Shown: positions 14,595 through 28,674, counted from the first letter of the whole stretch. The stretch: 55,910 nt of DNA, filler included, from Sphacelaria rigidula (GCA_964200075.2; 6 parts of 6 records of this genome joined end to end with filler, not necessarily neighbours in it); one strand, 5' to 3'. The notes: a model not told the origin generated them from the letters alone. Program-made: numbers and translations.

Positions 14595-14895
14595 AGGAAA
14601 AAATCCTCGACCCAGGACTCGAACTCGACTCCCGGTGCGAAGAACAGTATTCTGCTCACGCATCACGAGCAAGAGTCATGTAGCCGACACAGGGTTCGAA
14701 CCAATACCGACGTCTTGCACATCTAGAATTTCATATTCCACCTAAAGAAAACACTCACATATGCCGAGGACTCACGGTGTGAAGGAACAGTGTCCTACTC
14801 ATGCCCGACGAGCAAAAACAAACAGCCAACACAGGATTCGAACTCACCGCTGCACTTCTGCCGAGAGCATCTCCACCGCTAAGCTACAGAGTGAA
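14595..14895 (-). mobile_element. Dimeric/trimeric tRNA-derived SINE-like element
   Basis: A box TAGCTTAGCGG, three B-box-like GTTCGARYCC motifs, and a duplicated unit of about 75 bp. Confidence 0.6.
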
Positions 14896-16705
14896 CGCAG
14901 ATGTTGTGCCGATATGGCCAAATATCACCTACTATAGATCCTAAACTTTGAATATCCTATCATTACTGTATAATTCCAAAATATATACACATTATGAGAG
15001 GGCCGTGTGCGGGCGGGTGCGGACATAACACTCATTCCAGTACAAATCGCCGGAAACATTGCAGGACGACCGCGATCATGCGCCCGTTCGAACGGTCGCG
15101 AACGCTTGTGTACCCCCCTACACAAATTCTACCACGAATCCGGGCAACAGACCCCTAGCATTGGCATTGTTCCGAAGAGTCATCTCTCGGGACGGGTGCG
15201 GAGGAACTCGGACACTAAAACCAGCACTGAAGCTCGTGGACGCCTCGTTACAAAGAATGCTTGACGCTCGTGAGTTCGAATTTCTATGCATATAATACTA
15301 CAGTGCAGTGGCTATTTGAAACGGTTTGCAGTCTCTGGACCACGCAGGGTGATTTTCGGGGGGGTATCTATGAATCTGGAGAATGCAAGCAGAGGAGCAG
15401 GTATCTCTGGCTATTGCTTTGTAGTATGGCCGCGTATGGCTGCGTACACATATAACTATGGAGCCCCCGAGGATTGTCGCAATGTTTCTCGATGAGATTC
15501 TCCTATGGTTGGCGCACAGAAGACACAGGTGCCCTTCAGAGGTTTGATGAGTGGTACCTACTTAAAAGGTAAATTAACACACAAGAGGATTCAACGATAT
15601 TTCTTCCGGAGTCGCAAAAGTACCGTGAAGGCGGACTGTCATTGGATCCTCGAGAGTATTGTTGTCCAATTTTCAAGATAAACACCCTCAGGAAAATCAC
15701 GCGCTCGAGAGCATCATATTTTTGTTCCTTTAGGCGGAGTCGGGTCCCATAAGTCACTGGTGCGGCATGTCCTCTACAGGGTTCGTGTACTATCACACCA
15801 GAGGCATTATGATTCTTTAGAGAGTATTTCGTCCTCCAGAGGGCCATTTTGCCTCAGAGGGAAATATCGGAATGGAGGGATTTCAAGGAGGAGCTGATTG
15901 GCCGCGCGAGAAGACCCCATCGAATGTACGGTTGTCACTCTGGCCCCGCTGGGGTATGTACGGTGGACTTGTGGAGAAGGTGTCCATGCGCACAGACCCG
16001 ATTAAGCTGCAACGGTGCTATTATTTTCCGTTATTGCAGCACGGGTGCAGCACACATCCCCAGCTGATCTTCCTTGAGGATTTTGGGCAAGAGCAGTGTT
16101 TGAGGCGTGTTTGGTAACAATGGCACGATTTTTCATGAATGTGTCAACACCTATCGGGAGCGAAAGAGACAAAATTATATATTTTGCAGACTAGTGCCCC
16201 ACCGGTCTTTATCTGGTGCCAACATAGGTCTGAGGGGGAGGAGCAGGTACAATTTTGAGGGCCGATGAAGAAGCAGCCATGAACACACGTCACATATCGA
16301 CTGGGGGACCACCTTCTCAGATGTCACATTACAGAACATTCAACAAGTAATGACCACGCTACATATCCATTCACTATGTTCTCACAGTACGGTGAACAGC
16401 AGCCAGTTACACAGACACGTTCGCTTCAAGAACGACGAACCATAATTACACAAATCGCAAGACGACTTGCCATGGGGAACGGGCACGTTTTCATCATCAA
16501 ATATCAAGATTGGCTAGCTCGACTGAGGTTGTCCCTGTCGTCACTCACACGTCCTGCCGATATGGCATGCAATACTCACAAGTCGTGCGAGGTACTCACC
16601 AAACTTGGGTGCAAACGACAGGGCGAAGATGGCATCGACATAGAACAAAACAGACAAAATAAGTTCTTCACTACAAATATCATACCCTCAACGCCTGGCA
16701 GGTAC

Positions 16706-16926
16706 AAACTGTTCAGGGGTAGGTCGAGCAGAGTATACTCAATTGCGGGGTATTTCGATAGTCGTACTCGAAGCACACAAATTAGGGGTGGGTTTTTAGG
16801 GATCGCTTCCCAATTATATTTTGTGTACGACTCCCAACACTATACCCTAATTTGAGTACCTCAAATAAGCCTTTTAAAATACCCCGCAATTTAGTATTCT
16901 GTACGCGACCTGCCCTTGAAACTGTT
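16706..16926. mobile_element. Degenerate foldback MITE-like element
   Basis: Inverted arms containing tactcaattgcggggtattt and aaataccccgcaatttagta. Ends approximate. Confidence 0.5.
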
Positions 16927-19679
16927 CATATTCCCACTAACGATCGAGACCCATGGGATACTCTTTACAGTTATGCCCGTGAATGAAGGCCCTACCGACC
17001 GGAAATCTGTGGGCAGCAAACAATGAAAAGAAATGCGGAGGCATAATGAGAAATAATGAAGACGTCATTGACTGGTCCGGCCTGTGCCGAATGTTAGATA
17101 TGCAACATATTCACTTCTGCCTAACATAGCACACGCTCCATCTCAGTTACCTCGGTTTTGTATGCGACATCTGTAACTTTTTCATCGCGTGTTTCTCGAA
17201 ACAGGAAGCAAAACGGCCCGTGACACTTCACAGCCCCCCGCACACACACTACACCTGTCAGTATGCCTGCGGAGTTGCTCATTTCGCGACGGCGGATCCG
17301 AAAAGCCCCAGAACGTGGAAGGAAACGCGTTCTTTGGTTTAGAACATTTTGTGTATGATACTCCACCAAAGAAATGCAGAAGCCATCTTCTCGCCCAGTA
17401 ATGAGACCCATGCAACAAGCGATCACTCAAGATGATCGTTTAGATAACAGGGAACCAATGGAAAGAGCACAGTACAAAGACGATGCAAAATCCAACATGA
17501 AACATACAGCCGTATTCTTCGTATGTTATCAAACAACAGTAGCGTGCAACTTGCCAATGATTTACCATTCCACCACGAGCCAGCTCAAATGACAGAGAGG
17601 GAGCATGAAATTAATCCATGTTGGAAGCAAAAACCGTAACCCGATATATTCACTGAAGCAACATGAATCGGCCATTTTCTCTTCGAATTTCGAACCCATG
17701 CAAGAAACGAAAGCAGACAATGCCGCACATTAGGATGGATCCGGTTCAACAACGAATGACTGAATAAACAAAAAATACACATCGGCTTCACGAAATTGTT
17801 GAGTGTTCTGCCGAAATGTTAAATACAGATCCCATCGGTCTCTCGCACACTACTGTATCAAGCTGTGATACCTCACCACCGTCCACGGCGGGCAGAAGCA
17901 CGGCGACGGACTCTGTACGGCAGTAGTGTTCAGCGACTGCTCTCTTTCGAACGGTGCTGTCCGACAGAGAGCAACGCAGCACCTACGACGAAGCACAGCG
18001 TTGGCGTAGACTGTCGCGGTCTAGATATGATCCAGTCCACAGCGGCTTGCCATGTAGCACTGCCTCTTTTTGAAGGGCCATCATTTTCCAAAGGTGACGA
18101 GTCTGAAACCCTGAAACCGTCAATATAATTGTCTCGTGTCAGGCTTTTCAGCGGACCTGATGGTTCCCCGTGTTGACGAAAATTGAACCCTAAAGCAAAG
18201 TGCTAAAACAGACATCCTGTTTTGGAGACATCTCCTTGTGTCACTCGCAATGAGGCACGAGACGTACATCGTAGAATAAGTTGCAATGCCCACCCTTCGA
18301 ACGATCCCAGTCACGCAATGTCCTCCGCTGCGAACATATAATGGGCTGCCTCCGAACGCGTCATTTGAAGTTCGAAATAGCAGCGCAACAACGACCAGGA
18401 ATTTTGCTATATAGTAGCCCCCCCCCCGTGGTCTATGGTCAAACGACCAAGGCAAGCAACAAATGAGTACACTCCCCCCCCCCACCCGAGAACCCGGCAT
18501 GCTCCGTCCCGGCTTTGTAGGGGCGGGCCCCAGATGGGGTTGGCGGGGTCGGAAGAGCGTCGGGGGGGGAANNNNNNNNNNNNNNNNNNNNNNNNNNNNN
18601 NNNNNNNNNNNNNNNTTAATTAATTAANNNNNNNNNNNNNNNNNNNNNNNNNNNNNNNNNNNNNNNNNNNNGGTCAATGATCTCATGACTATGGCATGCA
18701 TGATGATGAGTACACCCAAATTGTACAAAGGGGGTGTTTGTTGACACCATCCAGCGCCGCGGCACTGCCAATGCCCAAAACCTGCGCGGAACTAAAGAAA
18801 AAATGGTGTCCGTGCTCTGCGTGGACTGGTCGCGTAATGCCAGTACGTCAGTATTGAATTTGATGTCGGGCACGCCCGTGATGTCGCGCGAGCCTGTTTT
18901 CCTCAACCCCACTTTTGCTGACGAAGGGAAGGGTATGCCCTATTTCGCCTTTCGCGAAACTAGCATCATCCAGTGAAACCTGCCTTGAAGAATTGCAACC
19001 TGAACCTGAAGCAAAGCGTTTGTCGACCATGTCTTGCACCGATCGTGTGCATTTGCCCGTCATTTGTTCTTGGGCTCGTCTGCGCAAGCACTGGTACCTG
19101 CTGTCTGTCCTGCACGAGCCAAGCACAGAAGCCTTTTAAATGTGCGATATCTGATGTTTCCTCCCTTTTCGAAATGCCGCATTTTCCGCTGAATATATAA
19201 TGAAATCAGGTATCTGTCGGGCTTGACGAGCGATGGAGGCCACGGAGCGAAACCAAAAGTTGCGCCCTTCCAAGTGGAGAATGACATGTTCCCGGCGCAG
19301 TCTAAGGTTGATCACCCTCATTTCAGTGTTGGCGGTCTACTCCCCTTCAAGCGTGGTTGCACGATTTTTGTACAATCGCCCGAGGAACATGCGACGAAAC
19401 GCACAGCGTTGCCCTCCCTGCGATATGTTATTCAGCAAGCTGGAGCAAATGGAAAATGGGAAAAAGTTCCAGCACGTAGAAATACAGGTGATTCAAAGCT
19501 CACCTCTTTCGCAGTTTGGCTGCGTTGTGGCTTCGCAAAATTGCGCCGCACGTATCAATGGTTGCACACGGTTTTGGTGGAATCAAGGGAAACATCGAAG
19601 GTTCTGACTTCACCAGATTGAGCAGCTTGCGTTGGCCAAAAGCAGCTCGTTACTATCCGTAGATTGTGGCATGATGATA

Positions 19680-19717
19680 AAATGATAACATGATAACATG
19701 ATAACATGATAACATGA
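19680..19717. repeat. (ATGATAAC)n 8-bp tandem repeat
   Basis: Four to five consecutive units. Confidence 0.85.
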
Positions 19718-20241
19718 CATTGGTACGCTGGATGTTCCCAACAAAACGGGCACGGTCCCGCAAAAGCGTCCCTTTGATGAGAGCTGCCAGAGTGCTGTTG
19801 TGTGTTGTCTTCCCATCTATGCTGGACGCCGGTCTAGACCTTTCGGTTTATGTGGGCGCAGCAGCCGGGATCATACAGGAGGAAAACCACCTTTGGTGCC
19901 GCCCGCGTACTGCTGCTTTGCTGCTACTGCTGTACTGCTGATCACCTGAATCGTTAATCTGCTGCGTTCGCATGAGTTACCCATCTTTGCATACTCATTT
20001 CTAATCCACACTGCGGAAGTCCAGACGCACCTAGAAAATCTGAACGATCAGCATATTTTTGGTTTGTGTGCTAGAATTTGGTGCAAACGGCAGCTGATCC
20101 TAGCACAACCATCCCCGGGACCTGCTGCCTGCTCTTTGACCTAGGCACCAGAAGCAGTCGTCTCCTTGAGAGCCGGTGGAAACTCAAAGTGCGCAATGTT
20201 GTGCGCTTTTTCGGCCGTCATACATGTTGATACGGACAGTA

Positions 20242-20591
20242 GCCGGTCGCCCCGGTGGCTCAGTTGGTAACCTCGTAACCTTCTGAGTAGGGGGGTTCGA
20301 TTCCCGGAGTGATCGGGAATCTTTTCTCACACCATGCTCAACAGTGGAGAGCGACTATGTCGTGGGTACACAAAGTTCGACTTAACGGTTGACGAGGGAA
20401 AGGGACTGCTGAACCCCTCTCGCGATAAAAAAATAAAGGCGAGCACCGCAGAAAGGTGGGGTATTAGAAACAAATATATATAAAAAAGCTCCTGTGTTGA
20501 CCCTCCCCTCCTGTGTGACCCCGGCTGCTGCGCCCACATATACCGAAAGGTGTAGACTGGTGCCCAGAATAAATGGGACAACACACACACA
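20242..20591 (+). mobile_element. tRNA-derived SINE
   Basis: A box TGGCTCAGTTGG, B box GGTTCGATTCC, and a (CA)n tail. Tail copies at about 19800-19883 (-) and 28427-28520 (-). Head copies at about 28085-28110 (-) and 37161-37241 (+). Confidence 0.8.
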
Positions 20592-21765
20592 TAGTCATAT
20601 GACTTCGCATCCCTACAAAACCGGGACGGATCACGCCCGGTTTTCGCCGGACTATGCTCGGAGGAAGAGGGGGGGGTAGCTCGTGACAGTTTTTGATGTG
20701 AACGAGGTTCAATTCTGTCGTCAGGTCAGTAGTGCTGTAGATATACAGCCCGCTGCAAACCGCTCACCATGAAAGTCTCGGGGTGGCACTGCTTTCGTGA
20801 TTGGCCACGATATCCTCAAAATGCTATACTGGTGTACGGTCTGCATGTGTCTGTTCCAAGTGCCGCTCACCACCTCTGCTGCTCTCATCGTTCTCATAAT
20901 TCTTATGCAGTAGTGGGCGGTCGAACTATTTAGAGGTGTGTTGGGGTTTCCATCATGTACTACTACTTACTCCTCGAAAGAACTCGAAATTGCTAGCGTC
21001 GGTAGATTTTGGTACAATAAACAGATCATCCTCAAAACACAGTGCCCAAGTCAGAGTTAGTTGGTGTTATCGGGTGATACGAGTAAATATCCCGTTTATC
21101 AGGAGGGTGCTAGTGGCCGTGAAACACTGCTTTTCGGCGTTAGTGCAATGAGTAGGTAAAAATCAAAAAAATAAAATTGTACATTTCTTCACAAATATAA
21201 CCGGGACAGGCTCGATCGACCGAAAATACCGAAGGGTAGGAATCTGGGCTGGAACGTGGCAGGACCCCCGATGACCGGTCAGCCCGTACGTCACTTAAAA
21301 TAGGGTATACATAAATACATATTTTTAGAATGTGGATTGGATACAAATATCTTCAGATCCCCAATGTGATGAGCCGTGGCGAGCAAAAAGAGCCCAGGAT
21401 AGTCGCCACTCACGAAAAAATCACAAAATGCTACAAAATGAATAGTCAGACCGCTCACTGCTGTAACTCTTGTACCTCTCATTGCTACTACTACTACTAC
21501 TACGATCATCACAGACATGATGATAATGAATAAATGTTACCACAATCACGATTGTTTCCATCATTGGTATCCCCATAACATTAGCTTCATCTCCTGAGCC
21601 TACATCCCGAAATCCCGAATACACAGGGGACGCGGAAACTCTCGCGCGGAACCGCGGCGGTGACCTCGTACAAGAGCACAAACCCTGCTGGCCCCGAGAG
21701 AAAGGAGCTCGTGGGGTGAGTTTCAGAGTTGAGACAGGGGCACACATCTCGGTGCTAGTTTACTT

Positions 21766-21910
21766 TCACATGTTTATTCCTGCTACTGCTACTGCTGCAG
21801 ATGCGGCATGGTTGATCACACTCGACACGAAGCTGGCTCTGAGTAGCAGCTGCTCATTGTGCTCTCTCCTCGACTTCATCACTTTCACCCTAAAACCCGG
21901 GGTATATTCC
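21766..21910 (-). CDS. Probable terminal exon of the unknown membrane protein
   Basis: Acceptor gacaacag| in phase 2 gives EYTPGFRVKVMKSRREHNEQLLL...INM*, a basic tail after the TM helix. A nearby upstream AG is also in frame. Confidence 0.45.
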
Positions 21911-22478
21911 CTGTTGTCTTTCTTTCTTCTTCCAGGGTTTATTAAAAAAAAAAGAGGCATATGAAATAAAATACGCCTATTTCTGTGCCCCAGAAATCTG
22001 AACAACGAGTCTCACTCATCCTTCTCGAGTGCACTTTCTAGCAGCGGAAACTCCTGCGTAAGCAAGGTTCACAAATTGAAAAACAAAAATGTCTTCATCA
22101 ATCTCGCTGGTAGTTTACGGGTCTTTCGAGTGTAGGTGGCTCTCCCCCCCCCCGCAGTTTGTCGTGTAGATGTTGTATTTCTCCCACCTTTCTCTGTTGG
22201 CTGTTTTGATTTACGGGTATGGATGGTATGCTCCTTGCACTTCGACCACGGGTTTGAGAGATCGACCTAATATGACAAAACTATAATAATAAGATAATAA
22301 GATAGTAATATAAGAGAGGTATCTCGAACTCGAAGTTCCCGACATCATCTGTAAATTACCGTGAAACATACCGGGAATCTTGAGTTTTGAGATACCTCCA
22401 ATAAAAATGACGTCATAGTAGGGTAATAAATACCCCCTGTGTGTATGTGTTTGTGTTTCTCTCCCCACTATATCTCAC

Positions 22479-22708
22479 CTGGAGAGGACGTACACGATGG
22501 CCAGTAAAACCATCATGGCCATGCAGTACGGCATGCGCTTCGATATCAAACCGTCGCCCTCATCGTCCCCCCCTCCCGAGCCACCGCGACGGCTCATTGT
22601 GATCCCCAAGGGCTCTATACCTCCGCCGCCCCCGCTGGGGGAGGAGAATGAAGACCCCGATGTGTTGTTTCCCGCCGCTGCAGCAGCTGCCGCTTTTTCT
22701 CGTTCGTC
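22479..22708 (-). CDS. Exon encoding a Gly/Ser/Ala-rich linker plus a transmembrane helix (unknown protein)
   Basis: Acceptor ttaacgggcag| and donor AG|gtgaga. Encodes DEREKAAAAAAAGNNTSGSS...KRMPYCMAMMVLLAIVYVLSR. GC-rich island inside AT-richer intron sequence. Confidence 0.7.
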
Positions 22709-23666
22709 CTGCCCGTTAATGGTTCAGTCGAGAGAGAGCACACGTGATTCAACAAAACAAGAGAAAACGGGAGGATGACACCGTGTGCCAGAAGGAGAAG
22801 GAGAAGGACGAGGTGGAGGTTTTTGAAAAAAAAAGTTTATTTTTGAACAGGAAGGACGATACCAATATATATATATATATAGGAATAAAGAGAGGTGAGG
22901 CCACTCAAGCCTCTGCTTGCTGTGTTTTCTACCGTAGAAACAACACTGAAGCGTACAAGAGGGTATAAAAACAGGCTTTGAAAGATTTTCCGCTCCCGAC
23001 CGAAAAAAATAATGACCTGCCGAGGGGTGGGCTCGAGACGCTAAAAAAAAAAGTGAGGGTAAACCTCGTTCATCGCGTGTCTCATCAAGAGGATGCATCT
23101 TGATATTTCGTGGTTTGGCATGTATATACTCGTATATATGTAATTTATATATAAAAATATGTTCTTGGCTTTTCAAGTCTACTGTAATCTTTTAGTTTTA
23201 TGCTCTTGTTCCCTTCACTTTTCTTCAGCGAGTTCTACCGCTTTGTTTTTCTCGGCTTTATCGTGGATAATGACCACGGGTGGATCATGACTCATAGGGA
23301 TCAGTTCATGTACCACATATCAATCAATCGATTGAAAAAAGCCCTAGGCCTCGACTCCGTCCACGTCCGACGATTCGACAAGATATGTGATGGTACTGAA
23401 AATCAAGACAAGCTATTGTTTAATGAAACACTGGATGAAATCGCAGGGACAAGGGTCAGGAAAAAAAATGGCCAGAGCTTTTCTCTTGCGCTCATCCTGT
23501 TGTTCGAACCAGTGTGCGTGGTGATTCCATTTCGGAACATTTTTCCACACAGAAAATGACGGGGTCGCGGGTGAACCGTCCAACAGCTAGGTCTCCACGA
23601 GTGTGGTGATGGGAGTACGTGTTGGAGCATGACCATACAGGTAGAGGGCCTTTGGCCAAACCTCAC

Positions 23667-23760
23667 CATAGGGTATGTGGGCACGTTAGAGTACCCGGCA
23701 GTGTCGTCCATCGGAATACATTCACTGCTGTACTCAGACGATGCCGGAGTTTTGTACACC
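23667..23760 (-). CDS. Internal exon of an unknown membrane protein
   Basis: Acceptor catctagtgtctag| and donor ATG|gtgagg. Encodes VYKTPASSEYSSECIPMDDTAGYSNVPTYPM. Phase 0 matches the next exon. Confidence 0.55.
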
Positions 23761-26700
23761 CTAGACACTAGATGAGAATGTAAAAAAATGTACTGCGTTC
23801 AGTGAGGGATCTATTGTTCATCGCATTACTGTATTCGTAACTGGTCCACCTCCACATACTATAGGAACCGGTTCTCGACGGAATGACGTATCTACTTCGC
23901 TCAATTTTGAATCATTTTCGATGAAATTTTGACACCATGTACAGGACGGACGCTTGTGCGATTACCGAAACTTTCCCCTCATGTTTTTTTTCCTTCGTGA
24001 GTTATTGGCGATGGAACATTTCAGAACAGTTCTTCACAAACAAATTTCCAATACCTCACGATGAAGAAAAAACATAGTGGGAAATGTTTGGTATTTGCAC
24101 ATGCGTCCTGTACATCGTGTCAAAATTTCATCGAAAACGATCCCAAATTGAGCGAAGTACATGCGTTTCAACATTCTCGGTGGCTTCTTGGGCGGCGCAG
24201 CTTGTAGACGCAATAGTCAATAGTGCACGCAGTACATTTTTGGACACTAATATTAATCTCCTGTCCAAAGCTTGGAGTTTTGTTGGCGTCTCACGAGCGA
24301 ATACAATCGTGGTACATACATATATAGCACATACTGCACGCTGTGCAACTGCCTGTACTGCTGTTACAGCATCATATACCGAACTGAAGTAAGCAAGGGG
24401 GAGCTATTATTCGTGACAGCATCGCGGCCGATGGCCCGCTCTTTGAAAGAGAACTAGGGAAGTAGCAGCACAGAGCAACAACAGTGACGGGAAGGTCAAT
24501 TCCCGACAGAATAGCCTCCTCCCCCCCCCCCTCTCTGCCTCATTGTGTAACACGAGCACTTCTTGTTTCGGCAGGAAAACATCAGAAGAGCGGTCCGGTT
24601 TGTCGTGGTGAGTAAAGAATGCGTTGTGTGTGCTACACCCACACGCTTTACATATAATCATGGTTGGCGGGTCACGCGGACTAAAAGGGAGACGTTACAC
24701 GTTACATGGGTTTATACACTGATGCAGCATATACGCCATGTGGGATCGGTGGAGGGGGAAAGGGTAAACTTCTCCATGTAGGCCACATCGAGAAAACGAA
24801 AGCACGTCCTTTTGGGAAGTACGGAGGTGCGCGGGCATTTTCAGGAGCAATGGGCAATTCTACCGTGAGCCGTGTCCCAAAGCTGGCGAGCACGCAAACA
24901 CCGACGTAGTATGATGCCTTGACCGGGTGTGGATCATCGTGCCAGTACAGTAGTACGGCCAGAAGCACTGCGGTACCCAAGAACCCTACAAGTAATGCAC
25001 GAAATTCCATAGGATTCGACACGCAGGTGTCGAGAGGGGTTGGGATAAACTACAACAGGGACGCTCGCTCAAGTGTCACTCGGTGCTACGTTGCATACGG
25101 CGGAAAAGAGTTGTCCACGACGACGGATTGACGGCAGTCCGGGCGAAGGAACGGCGGCGTGCCCTCATTCGTGACGTTACGGACAAACGAGATGTTGATA
25201 CTGCCTGTACAGACAGTGTAGTGTGATCGATGGCACGCTATCCATGTAAAAACTGTTTCAAAGGTCGTTACTTCGCTCGACATACGAAGATGCGGGCAGA
25301 TTGCAATCTATGCCTGTGTTCGTGGGGTTGCGTACATCCATCACTACAAATGCTCAGCTGCTGGAAGTGAACGCACGCGGGACTTGTTCATCTTCCTTGT
25401 CTTCGCAGCTTAGGTTGCCAGTGCCATCGCACTGACTGTACAGTACGTACTACGCGCCTTTGTTCGCAGTCTGCGGCAGAGAAAAAAATCAGCGTGCCCC
25501 GCAACGTTTCTTCCATGTTTCCTCTTCTGCATACCCATGTTCTTCCACGATTGACTGACATACAGTATAGTAAAACCCAGTGCCTGTGCTCTTGAAATGC
25601 CACCTGAAACAGGGGAATGCAGTACGGAACACCTACTGCGACGAAGTGCCCGGCGAACGCAATCTCTCTCTTGCCTCTCTCGCGAACTCAAAGAGGATTG
25701 TCCTGGTTGTACAAACACACATATCGTGGCCATAAGTGTGACAACAGCAAGTTGTCAGCAGATCACGGGTGGGCAGCTCTTGTGGTTCCGGCGGCATTGT
25801 GTCACGCACAATAACCGAGACGAGATTCTGGGTATGTCCAGAGAGGCAACGCGACATCTGGTGCAGCAAAGAACATTTCCCATTTCTCCGCTCATCATGT
25901 CCGGCATACGCCAGCGACACGCTTGGCTTGGGTGTTCGGTTCAGAGCTCTTTTCCTCGCCCACAAGACTCTGATGGCAACAGAGTCATACGTTCCATCTC
26001 ACGGAGTGCACCCGCGCCGAAGTACGCCCCTCATGTCGCCATGCTTACCGGATTGCTAGGACCAGAGAGAGCAGCACCCTACCCACGGAACGAAAACGGA
26101 CAAAGCGTGCGCAACGTCTGTACAGACTAGAACAGATCGGGGTGGGGACACGTTCAAATCCCCAATTTCTCTCCACCACTATCGTTTCTCCCCCCGAGAC
26201 GGGGTGCATCATGCGATAGATTTTCCCGAGATCTTCACCACCGCACACCCTTTGTTTGTGGTCAATGGTAACGTAATCGCCAACACGTTTGTGTGTGAAA
26301 ACCGTCCGCACCCTCTGGTGCCCTACGTGACAGGTATCTACGGAAAGCGTTTGGCTGGGCTTGTTCGCTCTAGCATCCCCTCTTGTGAATCACACTCAAA
26401 AGTGTTCGTTCATAGTGTCACACCTGAGAGAGCGGGGCATACTTGTACACCGCCATGTCTCCTGGATGTGAACGTTCCAAGGCCACAGCTCCCCTCCGCT
26501 TCAGTGCAGTACCACGCTTCGACCGTGGGCGTCACGCTTCACGCCGAGAATAATCTCTCGCTAACTGTACCGCATTAAAGGTCATCATACAGTTTTGTCT
26601 TTTGGGATATCATTTTCGATTCAAAAGCAGGGCGTGTAAGAAAGGAAGCCCCGCTGTGAGCTGGGCCAGCCTATAATAGGAGCGGATCTGTAGGCTGCAG

Positions 26701-28674
26701 GCGCACTCTCACTAGGCCTTTACTTATTATGCTATCACGGTTTTACTTATTAGCGAACCCATATTATTTTCAATATAAACGAATCCTTCGAAAACCGTGC
26801 TGGCATAACAAGTAAAAGCCTAACTCTCACCTCAATAATTGTGAGAGTTGAACTCCCAAATATGGCATAGAGTATCAAGAGTGCAAAATAAAAAGTAAGC
26901 GTTGTAATAGGACATTGATAATATTATATATATGTCGATCACATTTCGTGTGTTCAGCACGAACAACAAGATTCAGTTTTTAAGAAGATTATGACTCGCA
27001 AAAAAAATCTCGACGTCCCATTATTCACCTTCTATAACTGATTCTCCACACCAAATCTGAAAGGCGAACTCTCGAAATTGACGTCAGAATGGGCGATCTA
27101 GAACCTGGGCTGGTCAAGATTCGGAACAGTATTTTTGTCGGCAATTTACCACCCTATTCGTGGTGATATTTATTTGTGCTTCGACATTTCGTGTGGAGAA
27201 TCCATGGGGCATAATAAAACGAGATGAATTAGGACGTGTTGTAATTATTTTCCCACGAGTTGAGGACGTTTTGTTAGGTAGTAGTAGTGTAGAAAAAACC
27301 ATTTTTTCACAAAAACACCTTCAACTCATGACAAAAACGAAGGCCCACTTGTGTTTCATTTCCAAAACGATAGAGAGTTTCGGAAGATTATGTTTCTCAT
27401 CATGGAGTCAGAGTGCAGAGTGGAAGCGTTCAAGGGTCGGACAAATATGTATTCGTCTGAAAATTGTTTGGCTTAGTAGTATGAGTCGACTCGTGACGAA
27501 TCAATCCCTAGGCTTTATTTCAGCGTTGCAACCCAGGTACACGCAGCCCAGACACAACAATGTTTTCGTGAGATCGAGAGTAGTGGATACGATTGAGAGT
27601 GAAGAACGGTCAATTAGTGAGTGAATCGTTCAGTTCCGAAATGTCCCTCCACGGGACTCAGTATGTTTTCTGTAGTAGCTCGCCACTGAGGCCCTTGATA
27701 TCTTTGAGTAGGATATCGACGTGTAGCTGTAAGTACACCCCAGTGACGAAGGCAAAGAAAAGTAAATACGGAATGAACAATTGGCCAAGTTGAAGCGAAT
27801 GATCAAAGCCACTCTCAATCAACCTGCAACACTCTACACTCAATCTCACGAAAACGTTGTTACACGTGGAATAGCGCAAAAGTTGCGCGGATACCCCTTG
27901 GACAGANNNNNNNNNNNNNNNNNNNNNNNNNNNNNNNNNNNNNNNNNNNNTTAATTAATTAANNNNNNNNNNNNNNNNNNNNNNNNNNNNNNNNNNNNNN
28001 NNNNNNATTGGAAAGGCGAGCCTACATCTGTGACCACGGGTTCGCGAGATCGGACTAATGTGCGGAAATAATAATAAAAAAACCACCTGAGCCACCGGGG
28101 CGACCGGCACGTGACACTACTGTTTGAGGTTTTTCCATGCGCTCACCGCGTGCGCGTTCCGTGCGCTGAGATACTTCGAGATAATACGAGCTAGGCCACA
28201 CATCCTAGGAGCTGATCTGTAGGTTGCAGGGCTGCATTTTCACCTCAATTTGATAGCAGCACTCTCAAACTTGGAACGGCGTGCCCGTCGTCCGTCTTTT
28301 GCGTTCACTAATATGCAACGCGACTGTCACAGTAGTAAAACAGTACGTACTGTATTAGTGCTACTACTGTGAGAAGAGGTGCATCATAGCGTTGTGAATA
28401 GAATCGTACGGACGGCAGAATATAGTGTCTCTTGCGTTGCCATCCCATTTATTCTGGACGCCGGTCTATACCTTTCGGTATATGTGGACGCACCAGCCGG
28501 GGCACACAGGACGAAGGCTAACGCAGGAGTTTCTTCTTTTTTATTTGTTTTCCTTCTCGCACAAGTGAATACTTTGGTCTCGCGGCAGGATACATAACGC
28601 GGTATACTGTATTCGAAACCGTGCACATGGTCGAAGGTGTCAGACCTGGGTCTTGATCTTGTAAATGTCGTACC

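Noticed and set aside
20242-20320. Functional tRNA gene
   Set aside because: A and B boxes are present but there is no convincing acceptor or anticodon stem, and it continues into a repeated SINE body.
22497-22778. Plus-strand Pro-rich 93-aa ORF
   Set aside because: Antisense shadow of the minus-strand exon, which has proper splice sites.
23200-23400. Extra exon of the membrane-protein gene
   Set aside because: No acceptor/donor pair gives a stop-free frame compatible with the flanking exons.
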